From positions 9,525-73,524 of the forward strand of contig CAOJIB010000001.1 of NCBI GenBank assembly GCA_948436455.1: a stretch of 64,000 nucleotides of DNA. Reading direction: 5' to 3'. Shown here piece after piece: positions 30,901 to 39,329 of the stretch. Source of the stretch: an uncultured Blautia sp. (GTDB lineage: Bacteria; Bacillota; Clostridia; Lachnospirales; Lachnospiraceae). Below the pieces are notes generated by a model that was given only the letters and a program-made list of their open reading frames with translations, did no database searches and was not told where the DNA came from. The position numbers and the translations under genes were made by a program. How positions within the stretch are numbered: the first letter of the stretch is position 1; each line of letters starts with the position of its first letter.

Positions 30901-31428
30901 CGTCCGAAAGCCGTCGAAGAAGTTGATAAACGGAACTTTTCCCTTGATCGCCGCACAATGCGCTACTGGCGTTAAGTCCATGATCTCCTGTACGGAAGAT
31001 TCGCACAACATCGCGCATCCAGTCTGCCGGCAAGCCATTACGTCCGTATGGTCGCCAAAGATTGATAAGGCATGGCTGGCAAGTGCGCGGGCAGATACGT
31101 TAATAACGCCGGGGAGCTGCTCGCCGGCGATCTTGTAAAGGTTGGGGATCATCAGTAGAAGACCCTGAGACGCCGTATAGGTAGTCGTCAGAGCGCCTGC
31201 CGCCAGCGAACCATGTACAGCGCCTGCCGCACCGGCCTCAGACTGCATCTCTGTTACCTGTACTTCCTGTCCAAAAATATTCTTCCTGCCCTGCGTCGCC
31301 CATTCGTCCGTAGCTTCCGCCATTACAGATGAAGGGGTAATCGGATAAATTGCAGCTACATCAGAATATGCGTAGGAAGCATGAGCGGCCGCATGGTTAC
31401 CATCCATGGTTTTCATCTTTCTTGCCAT
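27901..31428 (-). CDS. nifJ: Pyruvate:ferredoxin (flavodoxin) oxidoreductase
   Basis: YPITPSS, MQSEAGAAG, two 4Fe-4S motifs, GACAGCGE, GGDGWAYDIG. Confidence 0.98.
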   Translation of the reverse strand: MARKMKTMDGNHAAAHASYAYSDVAAIYPITPSSVMAEATDEWATQGRKNIFGQEVQVTEMQSEAGAAGAVHGSLAAGALTTTYTASQGLLLMIPNLYKIAGEQLPGVINVSARALASHALSIFGDHTDVMACRQTGCAMLCESSVQEIMDLTPVAHCAAIKGKVPFINFFDGFRTSHEIQKIETWDYEDLKDMVDMDAVNEFRNRALNPNHPCQRGSAQNSDIFFQAREACNPYYDALPAIVQEYMDKVNAKIGTNYKLFNYYGAEDAEHVIVAMGSVNDTIEETVDYLMAQGKKVGVVKVRLYRPFSASALIDAIPDTVKQISVLDRTKEPGASDPLYLDVVAALKGTKFDAVPVFCGRYGLASKDTTPAQIVAVFENTAKAKFTVGIVDDVTNLSLEIGAPLVTTPEGTINCKFWGLGADGTVGANKNSIKIIGDNTDMYAQAYFDYDSKKSGGVTMSHLRFGKKPIKSTYLIKQANFVACHNPSYVNKYNMVQELVDGGTFLLNCPWDMEGLEKHLPGQVKAFIAKHNIKFYIIDGIKIGKEIGLGGRINTVLQSAFFKLAGIIPEEHAIELMKAAAKATYGRKGDKIVQMNYDAIDAGAKQIVEVQIPDSWKDCADEGLFMSHAKEGRKEVVDFVNNIQAKVNAQEGNTLPVSAFKDYVDGTTPSGTAAYEKRGIAVDVPVWQPENCIQCNRCAYVCPHAVIRPVAMTEAEAAAAPEGMKTLAMTGMDGYKFAIVVSAYDCTGCGSCANVCPGKKGAKALAMANMEANAGEQKYFDYGTDLPVKEDVVAKYKETTVKGSQFKQPLLEFSGACAGCGETPYAKLVTQLYGDRMYLANATGCSSIWGNSSPSTPYTVNPKGQGPAWANSLFEDNAEFGYGMLLAQLAIRDGLKAKVEDVVANGNNEDVKAAGREWLETFSCGASNGAATEKLIAALEACGCEKAKDILAQKDYLAKKSQWIFGGDGWAYDIGFGGVDHVLASGQDINILVFDTEVYSNTGGQSSKSTPTGAIAQFAAGGKEVKKKDMASIAMSYGYVYVAQIAMGADYNQTVKAITEAEAYPGPSLIIAYAPCINHGIKKGMSKAQTEEELAVKCGYWHLFRFNPDADKKFTLDSKAPAGDYQEFLDGEVRYNSLKRSNPEKAAKLFAVNEAQAKERFAYLNKLVTLYGAEE

Positions 31429-31491
31429 AGTTCATTTTCCTCCTTAAAAGGTAACTTAAATATTTTAAATACGATCTATATACAGTTGCTA

Positions 31492-31520
31492 ATTATAACA
31501 CACTTTTTGGAACGTGTCTA
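31492..31520 (-). promoter_or_regulatory. SigA promoter of PFOR
   Basis: TAGACA-17nt-TATAAT with extended TG. Confidence 0.7.
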
Positions 31521-31842
31521 TTTTCTTTACGGGATTTTTTCAGAAATCGGCCGAAGAAAACACGCTGAAACGCCGTTGTCTATCTATAGAGTATAAACAA
31601 AAATAAGAGGAATTATCAATCCATAGAATGATGGATTTTCTAAGAAACTATTTATTATAGAAATGATCTGCTTTCAAAGCGGCCGCAAGGGCCTTATTTT
31701 TTAAGAAAAGATCCGCCGGCCTATAAAAATTCAGCCGAAGAATATAGAAAACGAAATGAAACAGCCGCAAAAAACAGACAAAGTACTTACACAACAAACA
31801 AACATAACGCCGGCCGCTGTCTTTAAAAAAGATATCTGCCGC

Positions 31843-32196
31843 TTATGCCAGTCGCTGGAGCTTGTCCGCATGTGCTGCGACTGCGGTTTTCAACACGGAA
31901 ACATCCTCCTGCATCTCGGCAATCTGTTCGGTCGCCCGCATATAACGCTCGGCCGTCGGAACATAATTTTCCGCCAATATCTGCAGGTTCCTCTTCACCT
32001 CATTTTCCATGGTCAGTTCTACTTTGACCATACGATGCTCCATGGTATCCATACGACGTTCCACGCATGCCATATGGTTTTCCATGCTTTCCATACGGTT
32101 CTCCAGGGCCGCTACACCTTCTTTTAATTCTGTCACATCGCTTTTCATCCCCTGGATTTCTGCTAAAATCAAATCCAGTTTTCCACTATCGCTCAT
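31843..32196 (-). CDS. Heptad-repeat coiled-coil hypothetical protein
   Basis: RBS AAGGAGG; LENRMES/MENHMAC/VERRMDT/MEHRMVK repeats. Confidence 0.7.
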   Translation of the reverse strand: MSDSGKLDLILAEIQGMKSDVTELKEGVAALENRMESMENHMACVERRMDTMEHRMVKVELTMENEVKRNLQILAENYVPTAERYMRATEQIAEMQEDVSVLKTAVAAHADKLQRLA

Positions 32197-32497
32197 GTAT
32201 ATACCTCCTTGATCCGTGAGCATTTATATGCCAGTTCTTTCAGAGCCGCTTTTTAAGAAATTACCGCTTGAAAAACCTGCCAAAATCTATAACCGCATTT
32301 TATCATAATCGACGCCAAAAGTCACTCTATATTTCAGCGCGCGGACAAAAGTCCCGCGGCCTTTGGGCCCAGGGCTTTACGCTTTTTCACAAAGTCCATA
32401 AGTATACAAAATATTGTCGTTCATTCTGCCCGCGCGCTTTTTTCGGAAGCTATCTTCTGTCAAAATAATCTGTCTACCATCTGCCCGCCTCAGCCGT

Positions 32498-33931
32498 CTA
32501 TTGCCTCAGCTTTTCCCGCAGCAATTCTCCCACCTTTCCTGCGTTTGCTTTTCCTCTCATCTCCTTCATGACCTGCCCGACCAAAAAGCCCAACACCTTT
32601 TCTTTCCCGCTTCGAAATTCTTCCACGGCCTTTTCATTCGCCGCGATCACCTTATCCAGAACCTCTCCCAGCAGATCGGCGTCTTCCACCGTCTGCAGGC
32701 CATGCGCCTGGATATAAGCCAGTGGTTCCACATCCTCGTCGAAGACCTTCTCAAAGACCTCCTTGGCGGTCTGATTGCTGATACTTCCCTTTTCCACCTC
32801 CAAAATCAGCGACGCCAAGTGCCCCGGCGTAAAGAAAACCTTTTCCGGCTCTACATTTCTCTCCTTGATTAAGCGAAACGTCTCGCCCATGATCCAGTTC
32901 GCCGCCTTTTTGGGGCTTTTGCAAAGCGCCGCCGTCTCCTCGAACAATTCCGCCATATGGCGGCTCTCCGTAATCACGTCTGCGTCGTACGCGGATAGGC
33001 CATACGCCCTCTGATACCGAAGAGCCCGCGCTTCCCGCAGTTCCGGCTGAGCGGCGCGGATTTCCTCCAGCCATTTTTCGCTGATGGAAACCGGTAAAAG
33101 ATCCGGATCTGGAAAATACCGGTAATCTTTCGCATCCTCCTTCGAGCGCATGGCGCGAGATGTTTCCTTATTGTCGTCCCAGCGTCTAGTTTCCTGGATA
33201 ACGGCCCGGCCCTCTTCCAGCAGCTCAATCTGGCGTTCCCGCTCCCCTGCAATGGCCCTGGCAATCGCCTTAAAGGAATTCAGGTTTTTCATTTCCGTAC
33301 GTGTGCCAAAGGAAGAGCTGCCCATCTCCCGGACGGAAAGATTCACATCGGCGCGCATGGAGCCTTCCTGCAACTTGCAGTCGGAAGCGCCCAGATACTG
33401 GATAATATGACGCAGCTTCTCCAGATAAGCGATCACCTCCTCGGCATTTCGCATATCCGGCTCGGAGACGATCTCAATCAACGGCACGCCGCTGCGATTA
33501 TAATCCACCAGGGAGCAGTCCTCCCACTCGTCGTGAACCAGCTTGCCTGCGTCCTCCTCCATGTGGATCTCGTGAATACCGATCTTCTTTTTCCCGGCCT
33601 CCGTTTCAATCTCCAGCCAGCCGTCGTGACAGATCGGCAGATAGAGCTGGGAAATCTGGTAATTCTGCGGATTGTCCGGATAAAAATAATTCTTCCGGTC
33701 AAATTTGCAGTACCGGTTGATCTGGCAGTTGGCGGCAAGGCCCACGGCCAGCGCCAGTTCTACGACTCTTTTATTCAGGATCGGCAGGGCTCCGGGCATC
33801 CCCGTGCATATCGGACAGGTCTGCGTATTAGGTCTTGCGCCGAATTTCGTAGAACAGCCGCAGAAAATCTTCGTCTTCGTGGCCAACTCTACGTGTACCT
33901 CCAGGCCGATCACCGTTTCATATTGCTTCAT
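32498..33931 (-). CDS. gatB: Asp/Glu-tRNA amidotransferase subunit B
   Basis: VIGLEVHVEL, FDRKNYFYPD, HMEEDAGK, DYRYFPDPD. Confidence 0.97.
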   Translation of the reverse strand: MKQYETVIGLEVHVELATKTKIFCGCSTKFGARPNTQTCPICTGMPGALPILNKRVVELALAVGLAANCQINRYCKFDRKNYFYPDNPQNYQISQLYLPICHDGWLEIETEAGKKKIGIHEIHMEEDAGKLVHDEWEDCSLVDYNRSGVPLIEIVSEPDMRNAEEVIAYLEKLRHIIQYLGASDCKLQEGSMRADVNLSVREMGSSSFGTRTEMKNLNSFKAIARAIAGERERQIELLEEGRAVIQETRRWDDNKETSRAMRSKEDAKDYRYFPDPDLLPVSISEKWLEEIRAAQPELREARALRYQRAYGLSAYDADVITESRHMAELFEETAALCKSPKKAANWIMGETFRLIKERNVEPEKVFFTPGHLASLILEVEKGSISNQTAKEVFEKVFDEDVEPLAYIQAHGLQTVEDADLLGEVLDKVIAANEKAVEEFRSGKEKVLGFLVGQVMKEMRGKANAGKVGELLREKLRQ

Positions 33932-33935
33932 ACCG

Positions 33936-35405
33936 TTACACCTCCTCGCGCTCAAAAGCAAGCCGCCATTTTCCCCGCATTTCTTCATAGGCGCAGGCCG
34001 CCTGCAGGATTTTTTTCTCCTGGAAGCAATCCCCGATAAACTGCAGCCCCACCGGCAAGCCCTTCTCATCCAGCCCGCAGGGTACGGTAATCCCCGGCAG
34101 GCCCGCCAGATTCACCGCCACCGTATAGATATCTCCCAGATACATCTGCAGCGGGTCCTTTAAGCTCTCGCCGATACGCGGCGCGGTCGTAGGCGCGGAC
34201 GGTGCCAAAAGCACGTCGTATTTTTTAAAGGCTCGGTCAAAAGCCCGCTTGATCAGCGCTTTTACACGCAGCGCTTTCAGATAATACGCGTCATAATACC
34301 CAGAGCTTAAGACAAAGGAGCCCAGCATAATCCGGCGCTTCACCTCTTCTCCGAAGCCCTCGCTGCGGCTGCGCCTGTACATATCGTGAAGCCCTTCATA
34401 TTCCGCCGCCCGGTAGCCGTATTTCACACCGTCGAACCGCTCCAGATTCGAGCTGGCCTCCGCCGCCGCGATAATATAGTAGGCGGGAATCACATAATCC
34501 ACCATGCCCAAGGGAAAGACCTCGACCGCCGCACCGTTTTCTCTCATCGTCTCCAGCGCTTTTTCCACTGCCGCCTTCACCTCCGGGGAAATCCCTTCGC
34601 CCAGGTATTCCTCGGGAACGCCGATGCGCAGCGCCTTCATATCCCCGGCAAGCCCCTTTGTAAAATCCGTATCCTGCCGAGCCATAGACGTGCTGTCCTT
34701 GGGATCGTGGGAAGCAATCGCCTCCAGAAGCGCCGCGCAATCCCTGACGTCCTTTCCGATGGGGCCGATCTGATCCAGAGAAGAGCCGTAGGCCACCAGG
34801 CCGAAGCGGGAAACCGTCCCATAGGTAGGCTTTATACCGGTAACGCCGCAGTAACCGGCAGGCTGCCGGATAGAACCGCCGGTATCGCTCCCTAAAGCCG
34901 CGCATGCCTCTCCCGCCGCCACCGCCGCGCAGGAGCCGCCGGAGGAACCGCCGGGCACATATGCCGGATTCCATGGATTTTTTGTGATCCCAAAGGCGGA
35001 GGTTTCCGTGGTGCTTCCCATGGCAAATTCGTCCATATTCGTTTTCCCCAGAAGCACCGCCCCAGCGCGCTCTAAATTCTCATAGGCCGTCGCGGTATAG
35101 GTGGGAACGAAATTTTCCAAAATCCTGGACGCGCAGGTGGTACGTACGCCTTCAATGCAAATATTATCCTTGACCGCAACGGGCACGCCGGCCAGAGGGC
35201 TTGTATAGCGTCCCTCATCTATGCCTTTTTGCACTTCCCTGGCCCGTGCCAGGACGCCTTCTTCTTCCACAGTCAGATAAGCCGCTACCTTTGGTTCCTG
35301 CTTTTTCATCTGCTGCAGGTATGCCCGCGCCGCTTCTTCGACGCCGATTTCCTTTTTTCGGATCTTATCGCCCAGCTCTACGGCGCTTAAACTCAAAAGC
35401 CTCAT
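33936..35405 (-). CDS. gatA: Asp/Glu-tRNA amidotransferase subunit A
   Basis: Amidase signature GGSSGGS, GSDTGGSIRQPA. Confidence 0.97.
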   Translation of the reverse strand: MRLLSLSAVELGDKIRKKEIGVEEAARAYLQQMKKQEPKVAAYLTVEEEGVLARAREVQKGIDEGRYTSPLAGVPVAVKDNICIEGVRTTCASRILENFVPTYTATAYENLERAGAVLLGKTNMDEFAMGSTTETSAFGITKNPWNPAYVPGGSSGGSCAAVAAGEACAALGSDTGGSIRQPAGYCGVTGIKPTYGTVSRFGLVAYGSSLDQIGPIGKDVRDCAALLEAIASHDPKDSTSMARQDTDFTKGLAGDMKALRIGVPEEYLGEGISPEVKAAVEKALETMRENGAAVEVFPLGMVDYVIPAYYIIAAAEASSNLERFDGVKYGYRAAEYEGLHDMYRRSRSEGFGEEVKRRIMLGSFVLSSGYYDAYYLKALRVKALIKRAFDRAFKKYDVLLAPSAPTTAPRIGESLKDPLQMYLGDIYTVAVNLAGLPGITVPCGLDEKGLPVGLQFIGDCFQEKKILQAACAYEEMRGKWRLAFEREEV

Positions 35406-35418
35406 CGTTCGCTCCCTC

Positions 35419-35715
35419 CTATTCCACTGTCTTGGGCACCAGATACTGGTATTCCTTCTGCCGCGGCGCATTCGCCAGCATCGCCTCGCGGCTATCGCCG
35501 TTTGTCACTATATCCTCCCGAAACACATTATTCACCGGGAAAATATGCGACATGGGCTCCACGCCTTTCGTATCCAGCTCGTTTAATTTCTCCACATAAT
35601 CCAGCATTTTCTGCATATCCTCCCGGGCCTTTTCCCGCTCGTTATCGGACAGTCTAAGCTGCGCCAGGATTTCCACAGATTCCATCGTTTTGTCGTCGAT
35701 CTTTACCACGTACAT
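35419..35715 (-). CDS. gatC: Asp/Glu-tRNA amidotransferase subunit C
   Basis: LAQLRL..LNELDTKGVEPM..FRED..NAP. Confidence 0.95.
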   Translation of the reverse strand: MYVVKIDDKTMESVEILAQLRLSDNEREKAREDMQKMLDYVEKLNELDTKGVEPMSHIFPVNNVFREDIVTNGDSREAMLANAPRQKEYQYLVPKTVE

Positions 35716-35816
35716 TTCCTCCTTTTCCTCTAATGTACTCTCGGAATCTCCCCCGTGCCTGATTTTGCGAGATGATTTTTTGTCAGGTGCAAAAGAGACT
35801 CTGCGCGTACATTCTA

Positions 35817-37148
35817 CTACGGCTCCAGCCTGCCCAGATCCCTGGGAAACAGACAGGCTTCCCGCACGTTTTCCTCGCCAAGCAACTGCATCGTCAGCCT
35901 CTCCAGGCCGATCCCCAAGCCTCCGTGGGGCGGCATTCCATACCGGAACGTATCCAGATATTGCTCCATTCCCTCTTCTTCCATGTTCCGGGCGTCCATC
36001 TTCTTTTTCAGCTCCTGATAACGGTGAATCCGCTGGCCGCCGGTGGTGATCTCCAAACCGTGAAACAGCAGGTCGAAGCTTAACGTATAGCGGGGATCCG
36101 CCGGATCATCCATGGCGTAAAAGGGCCGCTTCGCGGAAGGGTAATGGGTAACAAAGACGAAGTCCGCCCCGCACTCCTCCTGGAAATACCGGCCGATCAG
36201 CTGTTCTTCTTCCGGCTCCAGGTCGAAGGGATTCTTTATCCTGCGCTGATATTTTTCAGAAACCAGCCGCTTGGCCGTATCGAAACGCACCATGGGAATC
36301 TCCTCGGCCCTTGGCAGTGTGATCTGTAAAAGCCGCAGTTCCTCCCGATATTCCCTTTGCAAAAGCGCCATCGTATACTGCAAAAAGCCCGTTTCCATCG
36401 CCATAATATCTGTAAAATCCTCGATATAGCCCATTTCCAGATCCAAACTGGTGTATTCGTTCAAATGACGCTTGGTATTGTGCTTCTCCGCCCGAAAGAC
36501 CGGCCCTGTTTCAAAAACCCGGTCGAATACGCCCACCATCATCTGCTTATAAAACTGCGGACTCTGTGCCAATACGGCCGGCTTATGGAAATAGGAAAGC
36601 CGAAACAGATTCGAACCGCCTTCCGCCCCTTTGGCCCCGATTTTCGGCGTATGGATTTCCGTAAAGCCCTGGCCGTAGAGGAAATCCCGAAAGCCCCGGG
36701 TAATCCCTTCCTGAATCTTGAATTTCGCCCGCTCCTTTATATTGCGCAAAGCGATCGGCCGCAGGTTCAGCCTTGCTTCCAAAGAAGCGTTCATTTTCCA
36801 CTTGGAGATGGCCAGGGGCAAGGGGTTTTCCGGCAGAGAAAGGATCTCGACGTCCGCAAGCCGCAGCTCTATTCCGTGGGGCGCGCGCGCCTCCTCCTGT
36901 AATGTTCCTCGCACCCGCAGGGCGGCCGCTTCCTTGATGTCGCTCAACGGACAGCGGCAGACGCCCGTTTCATACACCGTCTGCAAAAGACCGTCCCTTT
37001 TCCGCAAAATGAGGAAAGCCACGTCGCCCATATCCCGAATACTGTGCACCGTCCCCTCCACTATGATCTCTTTTCCAAAATCCTTTTCCGCCAGGATTTC
37101 CGGCAGCTCCAACGCCTCTTTTTGACGTATGCCTCTGATATATTCCAT
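35817..37148 (-). CDS. aspS: Non-discriminating aspartyl-tRNA(Asn) synthetase
   Basis: Short archaeal-type AspRS: LAQSPQFYKQ, FRAEKH, YGMPPHGGLGIGLER; co-located with gatCAB. Confidence 0.93.
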   Translation of the reverse strand: MEYIRGIRQKEALELPEILAEKDFGKEIIVEGTVHSIRDMGDVAFLILRKRDGLLQTVYETGVCRCPLSDIKEAAALRVRGTLQEEARAPHGIELRLADVEILSLPENPLPLAISKWKMNASLEARLNLRPIALRNIKERAKFKIQEGITRGFRDFLYGQGFTEIHTPKIGAKGAEGGSNLFRLSYFHKPAVLAQSPQFYKQMMVGVFDRVFETGPVFRAEKHNTKRHLNEYTSLDLEMGYIEDFTDIMAMETGFLQYTMALLQREYREELRLLQITLPRAEEIPMVRFDTAKRLVSEKYQRRIKNPFDLEPEEEQLIGRYFQEECGADFVFVTHYPSAKRPFYAMDDPADPRYTLSFDLLFHGLEITTGGQRIHRYQELKKKMDARNMEEEGMEQYLDTFRYGMPPHGGLGIGLERLTMQLLGEENVREACLFPRDLGRLEP

Positions 37149-37191
37149 TGTGCTCCCTTCCTTTCCCGCCGCCCGCGCGGCATTTTCTTGG

Positions 37192-37487
37192 CATAAAAAA
37201 ACCGGAAGATTCCTCCTGCTATCAAAGGAATCTTCCGGGACGGATTCAAAAAATCCGCGGTGCCACCCGCTTTGCCGGAACGCTCTCCGGCCGCCTTATG
37301 GAAGCTGCGAACAATTTCGCCGCCTCCTTCGTGTATAACGCCCACCCGCGTGCGGCCCTACTGCTCTTTCAGGCCGCCGGCTTAGGAGTGTTCCCCTTAT
37401 GTATGCTTCCCCTGATCCGCGCTCTCAGTCGGCGGCGCAGATTTCCTGTCAGGTTCCCCATACGGAGTCTCCCTCTTCGCCTTTTGC
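37192..37487 (-). ncRNA. T-box riboswitch with Asn (AAC) specifier
   Basis: T-box AGCGGGUGGCACCGCGG (37255-37271), terminator CCGGAAGAUUCCU...AGGAAUCUUCCGG-U run, GGGGAACA specifier region. Confidence 0.9.
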
Positions 37488-37514
37488 TTTCTTATAACCT
37501 TATAACAATGCTCA

Positions 37515-38729
37515 TTACATGCGCCGGATCCGTGCAAGGGCCTCCAGCGTATTTTCCTTTGTGCCAAAGGCGGTCAGCCGGAAATAACCTTCGCCGCAAG
37601 AGCCAAAGCCGGAGCCGGGCGTTCCCACCACGTGCGCCCTCGCCAATAAGGAATCAAAAAATTCCCAAGACGTCATCCCATCCGGCGTCCGCAGCCAGAT
37701 ATACGGCGCGTTTAAGCCGCCGAACACCTGATAACCGGCGTCCTTTAGGCCGTCGTAAATCGCACGGGCATTTTCCATATAGCCGGCCACCTGCTCTTTT
37801 AGCTGTGCCTTTCCCTCCGGGGAATACACGGCCTCGCCCGCCCGCTGAATGATGTACGGCGCGCCGTTGTATTTCGTCCCATGCCGGCGCGCCCATAGGC
37901 TGTGCAGCGATACTTCGCCGCATTTCAAATCCTTGGGCACTACGGTAAAACCCAACCGCACACCGGTAAAGCCGGCATTCTTGGAAAAGCTGCGCAGCTC
38001 GATGGCGCAGCCTCTGGCGCCCTCGCACTCATAAATGCTGTGGGGGATTTCCTCCTGGGAAATGTACGCCTCGTACGCCGCGTCGTAGATAATGACCGCG
38101 CCGACCTTGTTCGCGTAATCCACCCATTCCTGCAGCTGGCTCTTTGTAATCGCCGAGCCTGTGGGATTATTGGGGAAGCAAAGATAAATGATGTCCGGCT
38201 TCTCACTAGGCAATTCTGGCACAAAGCCGTTTTCCTTCGTGCACGGCATATAGATCACGCCGTCGAAATTTTCCTTTTCGGCGTTATACGCGCCCGTGCG
38301 TCCCGCCATCACATTAGTATCCACATACACCGGATAGACCGGGTCGCAGACCGCGATTTTATTGTCCAACGCAAAAATTTCCTGAATATTCCCGGAATCG
38401 CATTTCGCCCCGTCGGATACGAAAATCTCGTCCGCGGAAATATCGCATCCCCTGTCCTTATAATCGTTTTGCGCAATGGCGCTACGCAAAAACTCGTACC
38501 CTAGATCCGGCGCATACCCATGAAAAGTCTCGGCTGCGCTCATTTCATCTACCGCTTTATGAAGCGCCTCGATGATCGCCGGCGCCAGGGGCTTTGTCAC
38601 ATCCCCGATCCCCAAGGAAATGACCTGCTCCCCTGGATGCTTCTCCTTAAAGTCAGCTACTTTTTTTGCAATCGCCGAAAACAGATAGCTGCCCGGCAGC
38701 TTTGCATAATTTTCATTGATCCGAACCAT
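37515..38729 (-). CDS. dapL: LL-diaminopimelate aminotransferase
   Basis: SYLF, LGIGDVT, SDGAKCD, PNNPTG, SFSKNAGFTGVR. Confidence 0.95.
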   Translation of the reverse strand: MVRINENYAKLPGSYLFSAIAKKVADFKEKHPGEQVISLGIGDVTKPLAPAIIEALHKAVDEMSAAETFHGYAPDLGYEFLRSAIAQNDYKDRGCDISADEIFVSDGAKCDSGNIQEIFALDNKIAVCDPVYPVYVDTNVMAGRTGAYNAEKENFDGVIYMPCTKENGFVPELPSEKPDIIYLCFPNNPTGSAITKSQLQEWVDYANKVGAVIIYDAAYEAYISQEEIPHSIYECEGARGCAIELRSFSKNAGFTGVRLGFTVVPKDLKCGEVSLHSLWARRHGTKYNGAPYIIQRAGEAVYSPEGKAQLKEQVAGYMENARAIYDGLKDAGYQVFGGLNAPYIWLRTPDGMTSWEFFDSLLARAHVVGTPGSGFGSCGEGYFRLTAFGTKENTLEALARIRRM

Positions 38730-38749
38730 GATTTTATCTCCTTTTATTT

Positions 38750-39298
38750 TTATTCCTCGTCAAATATCAGCCGCAGAACCATCTGCGCCGTTTCCACCAG
38801 ATTCGTACCGGTGTCCATACTGCATTTCTGGAGGTACCGATGAGCCTCCTCCTCGGAAATATGATTCCGCTCCATCAGCAGGCGTTTGGCGTTTTTAATG
38901 TAGTTTTCCTCCTGCCAGCTTCTGGATTTGGGCTTTTTCGCCCGCTTCTGCCGCTGGTCGATCTGCGTCACCATCATACGGACGGTATTGACAAAATCGT
39001 ACGCCCGCAGCGGCGTTTCCACGGAAAGGATCCCTGAAGGACAATCGCTGATCGCCCGACGAGAGCCTACCAACAGCATTTCAAAGCCTTTGGGAAGATA
39101 TTCATACAGCTCCGTATAATGCATATCCGACAGACGATAGCCGCTGATCAAAAGGCCGCCGGCGTGCTCGTTCAAAAGTCCCAGCGTCTGGGCCCCGGTG
39201 CTGCAGATCCCCGTCACCTCGTAGCCGGAACGGGTCAAAAGGGCGCCGATCTTCTTTGCATCTTCCATTTTCGAAAAAGCAATGAAAATACCGCTCAT
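38750..39298 (-). CDS. ANTAR domain antiterminator with a pseudo-receiver domain (NitR-like)
   Basis: C-terminal AKRLLMERNHISEEEAHRYLQKCSMD. Confidence 0.9.
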   Translation of the reverse strand: MSGIFIAFSKMEDAKKIGALLTRSGYEVTGICSTGAQTLGLLNEHAGGLLISGYRLSDMHYTELYEYLPKGFEMLLVGSRRAISDCPSGILSVETPLRAYDFVNTVRMMVTQIDQRQKRAKKPKSRSWQEENYIKNAKRLLMERNHISEEEAHRYLQKCSMDTGTNLVETAQMVLRLIFDEE

Positions 39299-39329
39299 AG
39301 TCTTCCTCCCGGCCCCCTGTCCGCTTCCT

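Noticed and set aside
31485-31502. Rex operator at the PFOR promoter (TGTTATAATTAGCA)
   Set aside because: Spacing is shorter than the 18-bp Rex palindrome and the match is largely explained by the extended -10 element.
37148-37852. 234-aa plus-strand ORF
   Set aside because: Overlaps the T-box leader and the dapL 3' end in antisense; low-complexity translation.
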